From Paraspadella gotoi (taxonomy: Eukaryota > Animalia > Chaetognatha): a stretch of DNA of 64,000 bases. Below the pieces are notes generated by a model. The model was not told where the DNA came from and did no database searches. It worked only from the letters and a program-made list of their open reading frames with translations. The translations under genes and the position numbers were made by a program. Shown one piece after another: positions 24,851 to 36,228 of this stretch. The DNA lies in the NCBI GenBank assembly GCA_051294375.1, contig CM119269.1, positions 1,816,414 to 1,880,413 on the forward strand, in the 5' to 3' direction. The number at the start of each line of letters is the position of its first letter. Position 1 is the stretch's first letter.

Positions 24851-26277
24851 NNNNNNNNNNNNNNNNNNNNNNNNNNNNNNNNNNNNNNNNNNNNNNNNNN
24901 NNNNNNNNNNNNNNNNNNNNNNNNNNNNNNNNNNNNNNNNNNNNNNNNNNNNNNNNNNNNNNNNNNNNNNNNNNNNNNNNNNNNNNNNNNNNNNNNNNNN
25001 NNNNNNNNNNNNNNNNNNNNNNNNNNNNNNNNNNNNNNNNNNNNNNNNNNNNNNNNNNNNNNNNNNNNNNNNNNNNNNNNNNNNNNNNNNNNNNNNNNNN
25101 NNNNNNNNNNNNNNNNNNNNNNNNNNNNNNNNNNNNNNNNNNNNNNNNNNNNNNNNNNNNNNNNNNNNNNNNNNNNNNNNNNNNNNNNNNNNNNNNNNNN
25201 NNNNNNNNNNNNNNNNNNNNNNNCGCGGTCCTTCCCTCCGTCTCCTTGGCCGTCCCCCCCCCGGCGCCCTGGGCTGGCGGCTCCGGGGCTCGCGGGGCGC
25301 CGGGGCGGGGCGGGCGCGCGCGCGCGCGCGCGCGCGCGCGCCGCGCGCGCGCGCGCGCGCGCGCGCGGCGCGCGCGCCGCGCGGCACGCGCGCGCGAGCC
25401 GCGCGCAGCGCGCGCGCGCGGCGCGCCGCGCCGCGCGCCCACGCGCGCGCGCGGGGCGCGCGCCGGCGCCCCCCCGCGCGCTCCTTTCCCCGCCCCACCC
25501 AGCACCCCGCGCCCGCGCGCCCCTGGCGTGCCCGCGGCGCCCCCCTCCCTTTTTCGCCGGTGCGTTTTCTTTCTTCCGGTGGCCGCGGGCCGCCCGCGCG
25601 GCGGTGCCGCGGGCCCGGCGCGACGGGCCGTGGCTCCGCGGAGCGCGCGCGCGTCGGGCCGTGGCCGCGGGCGCGGCCGCGAGGCGTTGGCCGCCGGGGG
25701 CGCGCACCGCCGGCGGAGGTTGCCCCCGGCGGCCGGCGGGCGCGCCCGCGGGCGTGGCGCGCGGGGGCGCTCGCCGCGCTCGCGCGGAGGCGTCGCCGGG
25801 CGGGAGAGAGAGAGTGGAAGAGGGAGAGAGAGAGGGATGTGGTTCACAGGGAGAGGGAGGAATGGGAGAGTGGAGGGGGGGTGAGCGGCCCTTGTGAAAG
25901 AAATTAAAGCGAGTTGGTATTAAGCATTAACAAAACTATATTGAATACCAAATAAAAATTAATCAAACAAGCAATGAAATATAAATTGAGTTAAATATAA
26001 ACCATGACGATAAAGTTGCCANNNNNNNNNNNNNNNNNNNNNNNNNNNNNNNNNNNNNNNNNNNNNNNNNNNNNNNNNNNNNNNNNNNNNNNNNNNNNNN
26101 NNNNNNNNNNNNNNNNNNNNNNNNNNNNNNNNNNNNNNNNNNNNNNNNNNNNNNNNNNNNNNNNNNNNNNNNNNNNNNNNNNNNNNNNNNNNNNNNNNNN
26201 NNNNNNNNNNNNNNNNNNNNNNNNNNNNNNNNNNNNNNNNNNNNNNNNNNNNNNNNNNNNNNNNNNNNNNNNNNNNN

Positions 26278-26310
<33 letters not shown>

Positions 26311-27205
26311 GCTCCTGGCGAACGAATCAATAATTGAAAGGAATGAACGCATTCACGTCATGGAAGTGGAGACGCAAATGATAAAGCGATTTTTAACTCT
26401 ATTTCGTTAATTATTGATAGTTTTAATTATCCATTATTAATCATTGAAAAATGATATATTGGAAACGAGGGAGAGAAACAGAGAGAGATTGAACAGTTTG
26501 AAATCTAGTTCTCATAAATCTCAAAAAAATATATACACACACATAAGAATACCGAATGGCTCTGGTCTTTAGGCCCATGGCGATTGGCAGATGGCATTAC
26601 CGATGACTAATCACTAATTAGCCGATGGCACCGGAAGCTGGCGCCAGCTGGAATTCCGGGAATCGGCTAATTTAGAGTCTGGCTTGGAGAACAGGTCGGA
26701 GATTTTGAGGCTTAGTTTCGAGAATTTACATCCGCGGATTTTTGAGCGGCTGAGTTTTCCTATTGAGGTAAGTTTCGGAAACTCGACTCTGTCCTTTCGG
26801 AAAAGTTCCGACAGAGGGCTNNNNNNNNNNNNNNNNNNTCGTCGTCGTCGTCATAGCCACAGCAATAACACTTTATCCACGAGCCGTTCTAACACTCTTG
26901 ACTCAACTCTGATCGCAGGACGTTTCAGGTCTTCCGGAACGAGCTGACTTTTTCGGACCAGACATTGCCGATATCCAAGATACATCATTCTTAATTTCTC
27001 TCTCCTTGTTATGTTTCTTTAATTCGTCGTCGTCGTCGTCGTCGTCATAATCATCATCGTCATCGTCTTCTTCCTTCGATCTTCCGCTCGTTCGACCTCG
27101 TCGTCGTGGTCGTCGTCGTCGTCGGCCTCGTTGCCTGGAAATCTTCGTCGTTAGCAGCGACGTCATTCATCCGTTTAAATGTATCGTCATCTCTTTACTT
27201 TGTAC

Positions 27206-27324
<119 letters not shown>

Positions 27325-27698
27325 ATCATCGAATCCTCATCGTCATCGTTAGCGGCGTCGAAATCATCGGTTTAAAGATTCTTCATCATCATTTACAATC
27401 GTTTCCTCCCGCCCACTCCTGCCCCTTTCCCCTCCTCTTACTCTCCCTTTACTACTCCTTCTCATCTCCTCATCTCTTCATCCCTCATTTCTCTTCACTC
27501 GTTATTTTTCACTTCCTCTTTCCTCACTCCCCATTACTCCCTCCTTCCTATACTTTTTCTCTCCGTTTCCTTCCTTTCTTTTCTATTTTCTCTCCTTTCT
27601 TTCCCTCCCCTTACCTTAATTTTTCCTCCTACCCATCTCCATCCCTTTCCTCCCTCCCTTCGTCTCTTCTCCCTTCCCCCTTCTCCCTTCCTCCCCAG

Positions 27699-27866
27699 AT
27701 TTTTCCTCCATCGCCTGGTTGTCCTGCAACGTTCTCCCGCCACGGAGCGTCTCCACCGGTTGCCTCGCCCCGGACTCGGCCTCGTGGGCGGAAGTTGCCG
27801 ATAGGGCGAAGGAGGAGGAGGAGGAGGAGGAGGAGGAGGATTCATTCGACGACTCTACTTTTTCAG
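27699..27866 (+). CDS. Frizzled-CRD C-terminal exon: FSSIAWLSCNVLPPRSVSTGCLAPDSASW...EEEEDSFDDSTFS
   Basis: Long polypyrimidine tract with CCCCAG| acceptor and donor TCAG|GTTTGT (phase 1/1). W-L-x-C-x2-LP...C-L-x-P supplies the last two CRD cysteines. Confidence 0.8.
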
Positions 27867-27987
27867 GTTTGTTGTTCGGTCGTTGTTGTTGTTGTCGTTT
27901 CTCTTTTAGTTGTTATTGTGATCGGTGAAGGTTGATGGTCGTGAAATCGGCTCAAATGGTCGGACGATGATCTCTCGCCCACGAGCC

Positions 27988-28076
27988 TTTGCCACTTTGC
28001 CACTTTTGCCACTTTGCCACTTTGCCACTTTTGCCACTTTGCCACTTTGCCACTTTTGCCACTTTGCCACTTTGCC
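27988..28076. repeat. (TTTGCCAC)n 8/9-bp tandem repeat
   Basis: Directly visible. Confidence 0.9.
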
Positions 28077-28201
28077 TTGTTTATCGCTCTGGTCCGGCTC
28101 GAGTTCGCAATTCCTGTGCTTTGAACCGAGATCCAGTTTTATTTTTGTTTACGACGATAATTAAGACGAGGATGATGACGACGACGACAAGGACAACCTT
28201 C

Positions 28202-28235
<34 letters not shown>

Positions 28236-28903
28236 AGTCGAGGCAATTAACATGAAAGACTTACTTCTAGCGTCACTCCAAAAACGATGAAGAGGACAAG
28301 ACTCGGAAGGGAATATTAACAATAATCATTTTGATTAAAACAAACTTTACCCTCGATGCCATCGAGGAGAAAGTCTTCTCATTCGTAAATGACAACGACT
28401 CAATTCAACAAACGACGCTAAAGAGGACGAAGACGAAAACGCGACGAACGACAATGTGGACGAAAACGAGTTCGAGACCAACATCTATCATTACGACTCC
28501 GATAACGACGAAGACGAAGAAGATGTGTCAACCAACAAAGATGATGACGCCTTTCGAACAGCAAACAACAACCACGATGACGACGACGACGACGAAGACC
28601 CGATCAAAAACGCGCGGGTCTTCGTTGGCGAGAGAATCAACAACAAAAGATCATCGCTTCTTTCTTCTCGCGCGGTAATAGTCGTCGTCGTCGTTGTTGT
28701 TGTTAAATATCTTCTCGCGAGAGAAATAATACGTATTTCTTTGTTTTTGTTATCACCTCTCGTAAAAAATTTATTAAGAGGACGATGTAGAGTGTGCAAC
28801 TGTGCACAGTGTGCAAGTAGGTAATTCTTAAGCGTCGCTCCTTCCTTTTAGATATCGGCCTCGTTGTTGTTGTTGTTGTTGTTGTTCTGATTATTATTTT
28901 TAG

Positions 28904-29084
28904 ATCATGGGGTTTTCTGGAAGCAACGGAGTCCGGGCGGGCGTGGAGGTGAATTTCCAAAGGGTGAAAGTTGATCCAGGAAACGACGAATTTGACAAAA
29001 TGGCGCAATACTATTGAGGTGCTGATGGCGAAAATGGGTCGGCGACTTGCCGCATTGAGGAATAAGAAATGGCAACGACGGTAA
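28904..29084 (+). CDS. Candidate terminal exon with netrin (NTR)-like end, needing one frameshift
   Basis: After TTTTTAG| it reads IMGFSG..., then in a shifted frame LIQETTNLTKWRNTIEVLMAKMGRRLAALRNKKWQRR*. This resembles the IMG...LL...KW...basic-helix end of sFRP3/4 NTR domains. The region is indel-prone. Confidence 0.35.
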
Positions 29085-30945
29085 TACTTTGGCAATTTGG
29101 AAAAGAAAAGAAGAAAGGTTTTCGCTAAATGGATGAAAAAGGAATAGGAAAAAAAAATTGGGGTAAAGTCCCAAAAATAAGGTCGTTGCTGAAGATAAGT
29201 TGGATGTGACTCGATGGAAAAGGGTTCGTCGGGTGGAACGTGATTGGGGTGAGGTGAGGTGAGGCGGGGTGGGGGTGAGGCAATGACGCCGTAAATGACG
29301 AGTGAAGAAGAAGAAGAAATCTTTTTTTGCTTTTTCACGAAGACGAGATGAAAGTTGCATAATTTCATGTTGTTGTTGTTGTTGTTGTTGTTATTATTGT
29401 TGTGTTTTTTTTTCAACGGAAATGTTTGTAATGAGTGTGTTTTGTGGTGAATTTTGTGAGTTGGGGTTGTGAGTCTACGCTCACGTAGAAGAAAAAAAAG
29501 TTTGTTTCGGCCGTTTGCGTCGGCGGCGCCGAAAAATACGAGGCTGGACCGGATCGACCTTGGAACTCGTTCCCTCCTTGATGAATGGGAATATCCAAGG
29601 CAGAATAAATCACGTGTAGCCCTGGATAAACGAATCGCGGGTCGTCTGGGATAAATAAATCTCGGGAGAAAATATAAATCACGCGTATCCCGAAAAAATT
29701 TGAGAGGTGCAAAAGTAGAATGAACTAATTACGGTTCTTCAATTAAATATATATTTGGAGATCATTACTTCTGTAACTTAACAACGAAAATACGGCTTTG
29801 TAAATCAAACAGGTTCATATCCGGATATAAATAAATAATTATTTCTAGAAAACTAAATATTCTGGTAGAATCTTTTACTAATCTTTTAGCCGCGACTCAG
29901 ACTTTCACTTTGAACGAAAGTTTATTTATTTTTTGTTATAAAATATGAAGGTTAAAAAAAAACGACAAAATTTTCTCGTCTCAGTATAAGTTTCCTCAGA
30001 AAAATTATATTTCTATTTCCCATTTCTATTTTTTTTTTTTCAAAAACTTTCACGGTCTCCCCTTAAAAAATCCCTCCCACCTTCGTACCCTCGGCGGCAA
30101 AAAGAGGAATAAAAATGGAGAATAAAAAAAAAGGGAAATCCCGCTGGGCGGTTTATTATCTCGTTAAGGGGTTTCTCTTTTCCGCTAGATGTTGTTCTAA
30201 CGCAATTTTAATATTTACTAACTCTCCAACGTCTTTGGCGCCGTGGGAAGGTTTCCCTGCCAGAGACTATTTTTTTTTGCTCGCTTACGACGACGCCACC
30301 TGATGGTGGATGGATGGATGGTAGAAGTTGGGGGTGAGGGTTGCGGGATTAAAGATGGAGAGAAGATATAATAATAATAATGGGAATGGGAGGAAAGGAA
30401 TGACGATATTACTAGAGTAAAAGATGGGAAATTGTAGAAGAGAAGAAAGAAAAAGAATCAGAATCATATTCATAATTTTAGGATGAGAGTAAAAAAGGGA
30501 ATCAAAGAGTATTGGACTAAAAAGGATGTGAAATTGTGAATTTCGATTTGATTTGATTTATTATGGTAAAAATGTGAAAGTTTAACACAATACGATTGTT
30601 AATGAGCTTTACAATGTACATTTTAGCGTATGAAAAGGTAGTTGAAAAGGGAGCTGCTTCGATGTAATAGATGGGAGAATCTTCAGACAACAAAGTCGTC
30701 GAAATGACTTCTCGTCGCCAGTTTTACTCTGGATTTCTTTTTCTTTTCATGTCGGTCGGTCTGTCTGGAGTTCTTTCTTTCGGCCGTCTGCCCGTCCGTC
30801 CGTCCGACCCTTTTTCTATTTATCATTCTTTCCTCCCTTTTTCTCCTCTCACTTTCTTTGGATGGATTGTGTTCACCATCGTCCGATCTCTCGTTTTTAC
30901 GGGGAATTGGAGAGAAAGAGGGAGACAGAGAGGGAGATGCAGGGG

Positions 30946-30993
<48 letters not shown>

Positions 30994-31206
30994 AAAGAAA
31001 GAGAGAAACCTATTTCACTTATAGCTACGTCTTTTGACCCTCCTCTTGATACTTTAAAGAAGGGAAGTATTTGTTAATCCAAGTCGGTGATTCATCGTCG
31101 TCTGCTTCGCTTTTTTTCGTCTTTGTCTTCTTCGTCGTCGTCGTCGTCAGCCTTTTTGTTTACGGGCCCGTAGTCTTGCTGAAGTCATGATCTCCGTGGG
31201 ACTAAG

Positions 31207-31383
31207 TATGATTGTGATAAATATGATTATGATTGTGATGAATATGATTATGATTGTGATGAATATGATTATGATTGTGATGAATGAGATTATGATTGTG
31301 ATGAATATGATTATGATTGTGATGAATGAGATTATGATTGTGATAAATATGATTATGATTGTGATGAATATGATTATGATTGT
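31207..31383. repeat. 21-bp tandem repeat, about 8 copies
   Basis: Unit TATGATTGTGATGAATATGAT. Confidence 0.9.
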
Positions 31384-31437
31384 CGTCTTCATTGTCATTA
31401 CATCTGTCATTAGATCATGGGGTCTTCGTGGTAGTGG

Positions 31438-31493
<56 letters not shown>

Positions 31494-32004
31494 GTCGTCG
31501 TTAACGTCGTCGTATCGGCATCTTTGTCTCTCCGGTCTTCTTCGTCGTATCCGTTTAATACTCTCGGCGTCCGATGTTGATATAAATGGAATTTTCATCT
31601 CTGGCGCCGGCGCCATAAAAGAAGGTCCCATCGGTCATTCGGATTCCACTTCGTCCCAGTTTTCTCTCTCTCTCTCTCTCTCTTTTTTTTTCAGTTTGAT
31701 GTCATTAATTCTCCTAACTGCTTTGAAAACGGATTCCTCTACGTGAATTGAAAAAAACTTAACAACAAATATTGCGATTTATCTAAAACAAGAAATCTTG
31801 AGTGGCGGACGAATGAATGTGTGAGTTTGTACAGATGGATATTGGCCAGATGTCACTGGTGTCACGGACGATTGAATTTTTTTGTGAATGGCAGTGGAAC
31901 TGTTTCCTGAGTGAAGAACGATTCACGTAATCAAATTCCAAACTCGTTTCCGGTTGATTTTTGAAACGACTAATGGTGGACTGAAATCCACTAAGCGTTC
32001 ATCA

Positions 32005-32190
32005 GCGGCCATTAGTACAGGAGGCAAGTCATTCGCCTCCCAACCCAAAGGTCCGTGGTTCTCGCCCGGTGGTCGCCAGGCAGTTAAGACGGACGGGACG
32101 CTTAACCTGTCTGTAACACGGTGTAACAGCCTGATCAGAAGCTCAGGGAGTGCTTATATTGAACAGCTCTGTCACTTACACATAACAATA
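32005..32190 (+). mobile_element. tRNA-derived SINE (tRNA-Gly-like head 32005-32077)
   Basis: 7-bp acceptor stem GCGGCCA/TGGTCGC, anticodon-like loop CT-CCC-AA and degenerate T arm CCGTGGTTCTCGCCCGG. Then about 110 bp of body ending in an A/T tail. The anticodon stem and B box are broken, so it is not a functional tRNA. Confidence 0.6.
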
Positions 32191-32532
32191 ATTATTTTCT
32201 CTTCACTTTTTTTTAATTTTTTTGGAAAATATTCTTTAGCAGATTTGGTTTGGAAAGGAAAAAGCGATTATGCAAAGGATCCTGACTCCAACGGTCACGT
32301 TTGAACGCTTATTTTCTATTAAATTAAAACGAAACACCACTTGTCTCATTTTAAAAAAAAAATTATTATAATTTTTGTTCTTTTATTCTTTTTTCTTTTG
32401 CCAGCGACTGAACGCTTTACGCGGTCTCTATGCAAAGAAGGTTCGTGCGTTGGATTGATTTATACCTTTTCTCTCTACTCTCATCTGTCTACTCATCTCT
32501 CTCATCTCTCTCGGCTCTCTCTTCTCATCGAT

Positions 32533-32563
<31 letters not shown>

Positions 32564-32583
32564 CTCTTCGCTTTTTCGTTTAG

Positions 32584-32706
32584 TTTTACCGGCAAAATGG
32601 GTTTTGTTTAACGTCTTCGCCTTGACAGCTTTTAAAAGGGTCGTGAGCGAGGTGGCAAGGTTGACGGGACGCAGCGTGATACTGCGTTCGGCTCACGGGA
32701 CAAAGG
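32584..32706 (+). CDS. Candidate upstream exon of the GAS1-like gene
   Basis: Polypyrimidine tract with TTTAG|, open frame LPAKWVLFNVFALTAFKRVVSEVARLTGRSVILRSAHGTK, and a weak phase-1 donor compatible with 33127. Confidence 0.25.
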
Positions 32707-33126
32707 GTTGATTGAGTCATTCGAAGTATTGCGTTTTTTGTGATTTTGGGTTTTGCTAAAATTTATAAAAGGGAAGACCACACAGATAAAAAGTGTTCGA
32801 CATTGGTATCCCTGTTGGTGTCGCCACCGACGTCAATCTTAAAAGTCAAACCGACTTGGAAGGTTTCCTCTGTCGATGGCGATGGTTTATAACCTTTTTT
32901 TTAACCTGGTTAAACTTTCTTTAAACTGGTTAAACCCTTTTTATATGTTTTGGACTCGTCCTTTCTACAACGAGTTCTTAATGTTCCAAATGTTTGCGAC
33001 GTCGTTTATCTCAAATACCGAGCGCAATGCCTGAACTGTTTTAAATTTTTAGTTAATTTTTTTTTAAATTCTCGCTTAATTAATTTTTTTAAAAATTCTA
33101 GCTTAATTAATTTTTTTTCCCCTCAG

Positions 33127-33331
33127 ACTCTAATCTGCCTTCACCATCTGTCGAAGACTATCGTCGCAACGCCGCGAGCGCTTGGGCGAAGACGACGACG
33201 AAAACGAACAACTGCAGCATCCTGCAGCATAATTGCCGCAACATCTTTCACTGCAGATTCGCTCTGCATAATTTTCACGTCAGATGCGCGAGGGTTTTGG
33301 ACGGAAGACTGGATGAAGACATCGTTGAGAA

Positions 33332-33332
<1 letters not shown>
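33127..33332 (+). CDS. GAS1: GAS1-like gene exon: first half of GFRalpha/GAS1 domain 1 (CSILQHNCRNIFHCRFALHNFHVRCARVL)
   Basis: Acceptor CCCCTCAG| and donor AAG|GTGAGA (phase 0). C-x6-C-x5-C-x10-C spacing as in GAS1 domain 1. This frame is not in the ORF track. Confidence 0.85.
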
Positions 33333-33383
<51 letters not shown>

Positions 33384-33629
33384 TAAGAAAGGATGAGGAA
33401 AAATAAAAAAAGAAACTCCAGTCAAAGTGAATGAACTGAAGAAAAAGAAAAACTTCTTAAAAAATGAAAAAGAGAGAAAAAAAAATGAAGAATTATTACG
33501 GTTGTGAAATATCAGGGAGAGGAAATGAGTCGTCGAGAGGACGCTAACAGACCTAATTAAAGGGGAAGGGGATTTAGATTTTTTAATAAATCTTTCTTTG
33601 AAACTCTTTCTCATACGTCATATTATTAT

Positions 33630-33706
<77 letters not shown>

Positions 33707-33983
33707 ATTTTTTCTTTTCTCTCTCTCTCTCTCTCTCTCCTCCCCTTTCATTTCTCTGCGGGGGCAGAAAAAATGGAATTTGAATAATGAAGAACGGATT
33801 CGAAATCATGGGGCGACGACGACGACGACGACGACGAGAAAAAATAAAAGAAATAAAAGATGAGATGAAATTCGTCGTTTGACTAACGAGAGTTTCATTG
33901 TTGTTGTTGACTTTTTTTGTCCCTAACTTTCTTTGTTTTTTGTTTTTTGTTTTTTCTTTTTATTTTTGCTTTTAATATTCTTA

Positions 33984-34058
<75 letters not shown>

Positions 34059-34113
34059 TCATTCTCTCTCTCTCTCTCTCTTCACTCTACCTTCTTTTGA
34101 GTTTTGCCGCGAG

Positions 34114-35346
34114 TGCTCGCGAAGTAACGACGTTGACATGGAGTCGGCACGGAATTGAATTCTATCTGTCAACATGGCATCGGCACCGCGTCGCTACCAG
34201 CTCGACCCGGAGTCTGCATGTCGTCGGCACCGTTGACCTCCGTCTATCTTCGTACCGTCTATCTTCGTACCGTCTATCTNNNNNNNNNNNNNNNNNNNNN
34301 NNNNNNNNNNNNNNNNNNNNNNNNNNNNNNNNNNNNNNNNNNNNNNNNNNNNNNNNNNNNNNNNNNNNNNNNNNNNNNNNNNNNNNNNNNNNNNNNNNNN
34401 NNNNNNNNNNNNNNNNNNNNNNNNNNNNNNNNNNNNNNNNNNNNNNNNNNNNNNNNNNNNNNNNNNNNNNNNNNNNNNNNNNNNNNNNNNNNNNNNNNNN
34501 NNNNNNNNNNNNNNNNNNNNNNNNNNNNNNNNNNNNNNNNNNNNNNNNNNNNNNNNNNNNNNNNNNNNNNNNNNNNNNNNNNNNNNNNNNNNNNNNNNNN
34601 NNNNNNNNNNNNNNNNNNNNNNNNNNNNNNNNNNNNNNNNNNNNNNNNNNNNNNNNNNNNNNNNNNNNNNNNNNNNNNNNNNNNNNNNNNNNNNNNNNNN
34701 NNNNNNNNNNNNNNNNNNNNNNNNNNNNNNNNNNNNNNNNNNNNNNNNNNNNNNNTTTAACACAAACAGAGGATTCGCTTTATAGCAATTCAATGGCAAC
34801 GCAAACTGCAAAAGTCGACAGGTTCTACCTAACTTTTCCAATTTGATTTTTCGATTCCTAGCTTGGTTGCTCGATTCCTTGCTTGCTTGATTCCTTGCTT
34901 GCTTTCTCTTTCAAAGAATATTGGGAATCTGTTTTGGTTCTTGCCGAGTCCAATATTTCTCTTTGTTCTTTGACGAAAATATTTCCGAATGAAATTTAAA
35001 TCTTTCGTCGAGATAACGTATTCGTCTCTCTATGACTTTTTATTTTCATTCCTTTTCTTTTTCATTTCTTTGAATTTTAATTACAGCATTTCAAATTTAA
35101 CAAAGGCTAATCGAGGCTCCGCTTTCCTTCACAAAAACCATGTCGGTTAAATTTCCCGGTTCCATTCTATTTTTTTTTAAACTTTCATTTATTAAAAATT
35201 TATATCAATTTATAAGTAAAACTTGAGAAACCTTTTCAAAGAACAAACAAAACTTGTCTCCTTTTCTTCGTCATTTTTCCGCTTTTCTGCTTTTCAAATG
35301 TTTTCGCCCCATTTTTCTTCCATTTTCGGCTCCCGTTTTTTGAAAT

Positions 35347-35382
<36 letters not shown>

Positions 35383-35665
35383 NNNNNNNNNNNNNNNNNN
35401 NNNNNNNNNNNNNNNNNNNNNNNNNNNNNNNNNNNNNNNNNNNNNNNNNNNNNNNNNNNNNNNNNNNNNNNNNNNNNNNNNNNNNNNNNNNNNNNNNNNN
35501 NNNNNNNNNNNNNNNNNNNNNNNNNNNNNNNNNNNNNNNNNNNNNNNNNNNNNNNNNNNNNNNNNNNNNNNNNNNNNNNNNNNNNNNNNNNNNNNNNNNN
35601 NNNNNNNNNNNNNNNNNNNNNNNNNNNNNNNNNNNNNNNNNNNNNNNNNNNNNNNNNNNNNNNNN

Positions 35666-35701
<36 letters not shown>

Positions 35702-36191
35702 GTTCCTTTTCAATCTGTTTCCATTTTCCTATTTCCTCTCTCTTTATCTTTTCCTACTATTTCTTTTACTTTCCCCTTTCCCTCTTACTTTTTTTCCATA
35801 TTTCCTTTTTCTTTTTAGCCTATTAGACAAATTTTACTTTCCATTTTTTCCTATTTCCTATTTTCCAATCTCCTTTTTTTCTTTTCTTTAATTCTTCATT
35901 CCCGTTTTCTAGATTCTTCTCTCTTCCCTCCGTCTCCTTTATCAGCGGAGTGAAAGCAATCTCCGCCAAAGCCTCGCTCCTGCTCTCGCTCCTGCTCTCG
36001 CTCCTGCTCTCGCTCCTGCCCTCGCTCCTGCTCTCTCGAGTCTCGCCGATCCTCGTGATCCTCCTTCGCTCCACTCCTTCTGCTCCATATCCCGCTCCAC
36101 CTCCCTTTTCTTACATAAGCGCTTTTTCTATTCCCTCTTGTTTCCGATGTCGTGACTCGAACAGAATAACAGTCTTTATCGTTTATCGCGC

Positions 36192-36228
<37 letters not shown>

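Noticed and set aside
25224-25810. Long Arg/Ala-rich ORFs and (CG)n Z-DNA-like tract
   Set aside because: Nearly pure G/C low-complexity sequence abutting an N gap and open in all frames. Probably poor base-calling or gap fill, so it cannot be supported as coding.
31412-31625. Signal-peptide exon for the GAS1-like gene (poly-Ile/His/Ser frames)
   Set aside because: Built on a (CAT)n microsatellite, each frame has a stop, and the donor is weak. Cannot be supported without transcripts.
32005-32077. Functional tRNA-Gly gene
   Set aside because: The anticodon stem does not pair, the T loop lacks TTCGA, and there is no immediate poly-T terminator. Better explained as a SINE head.
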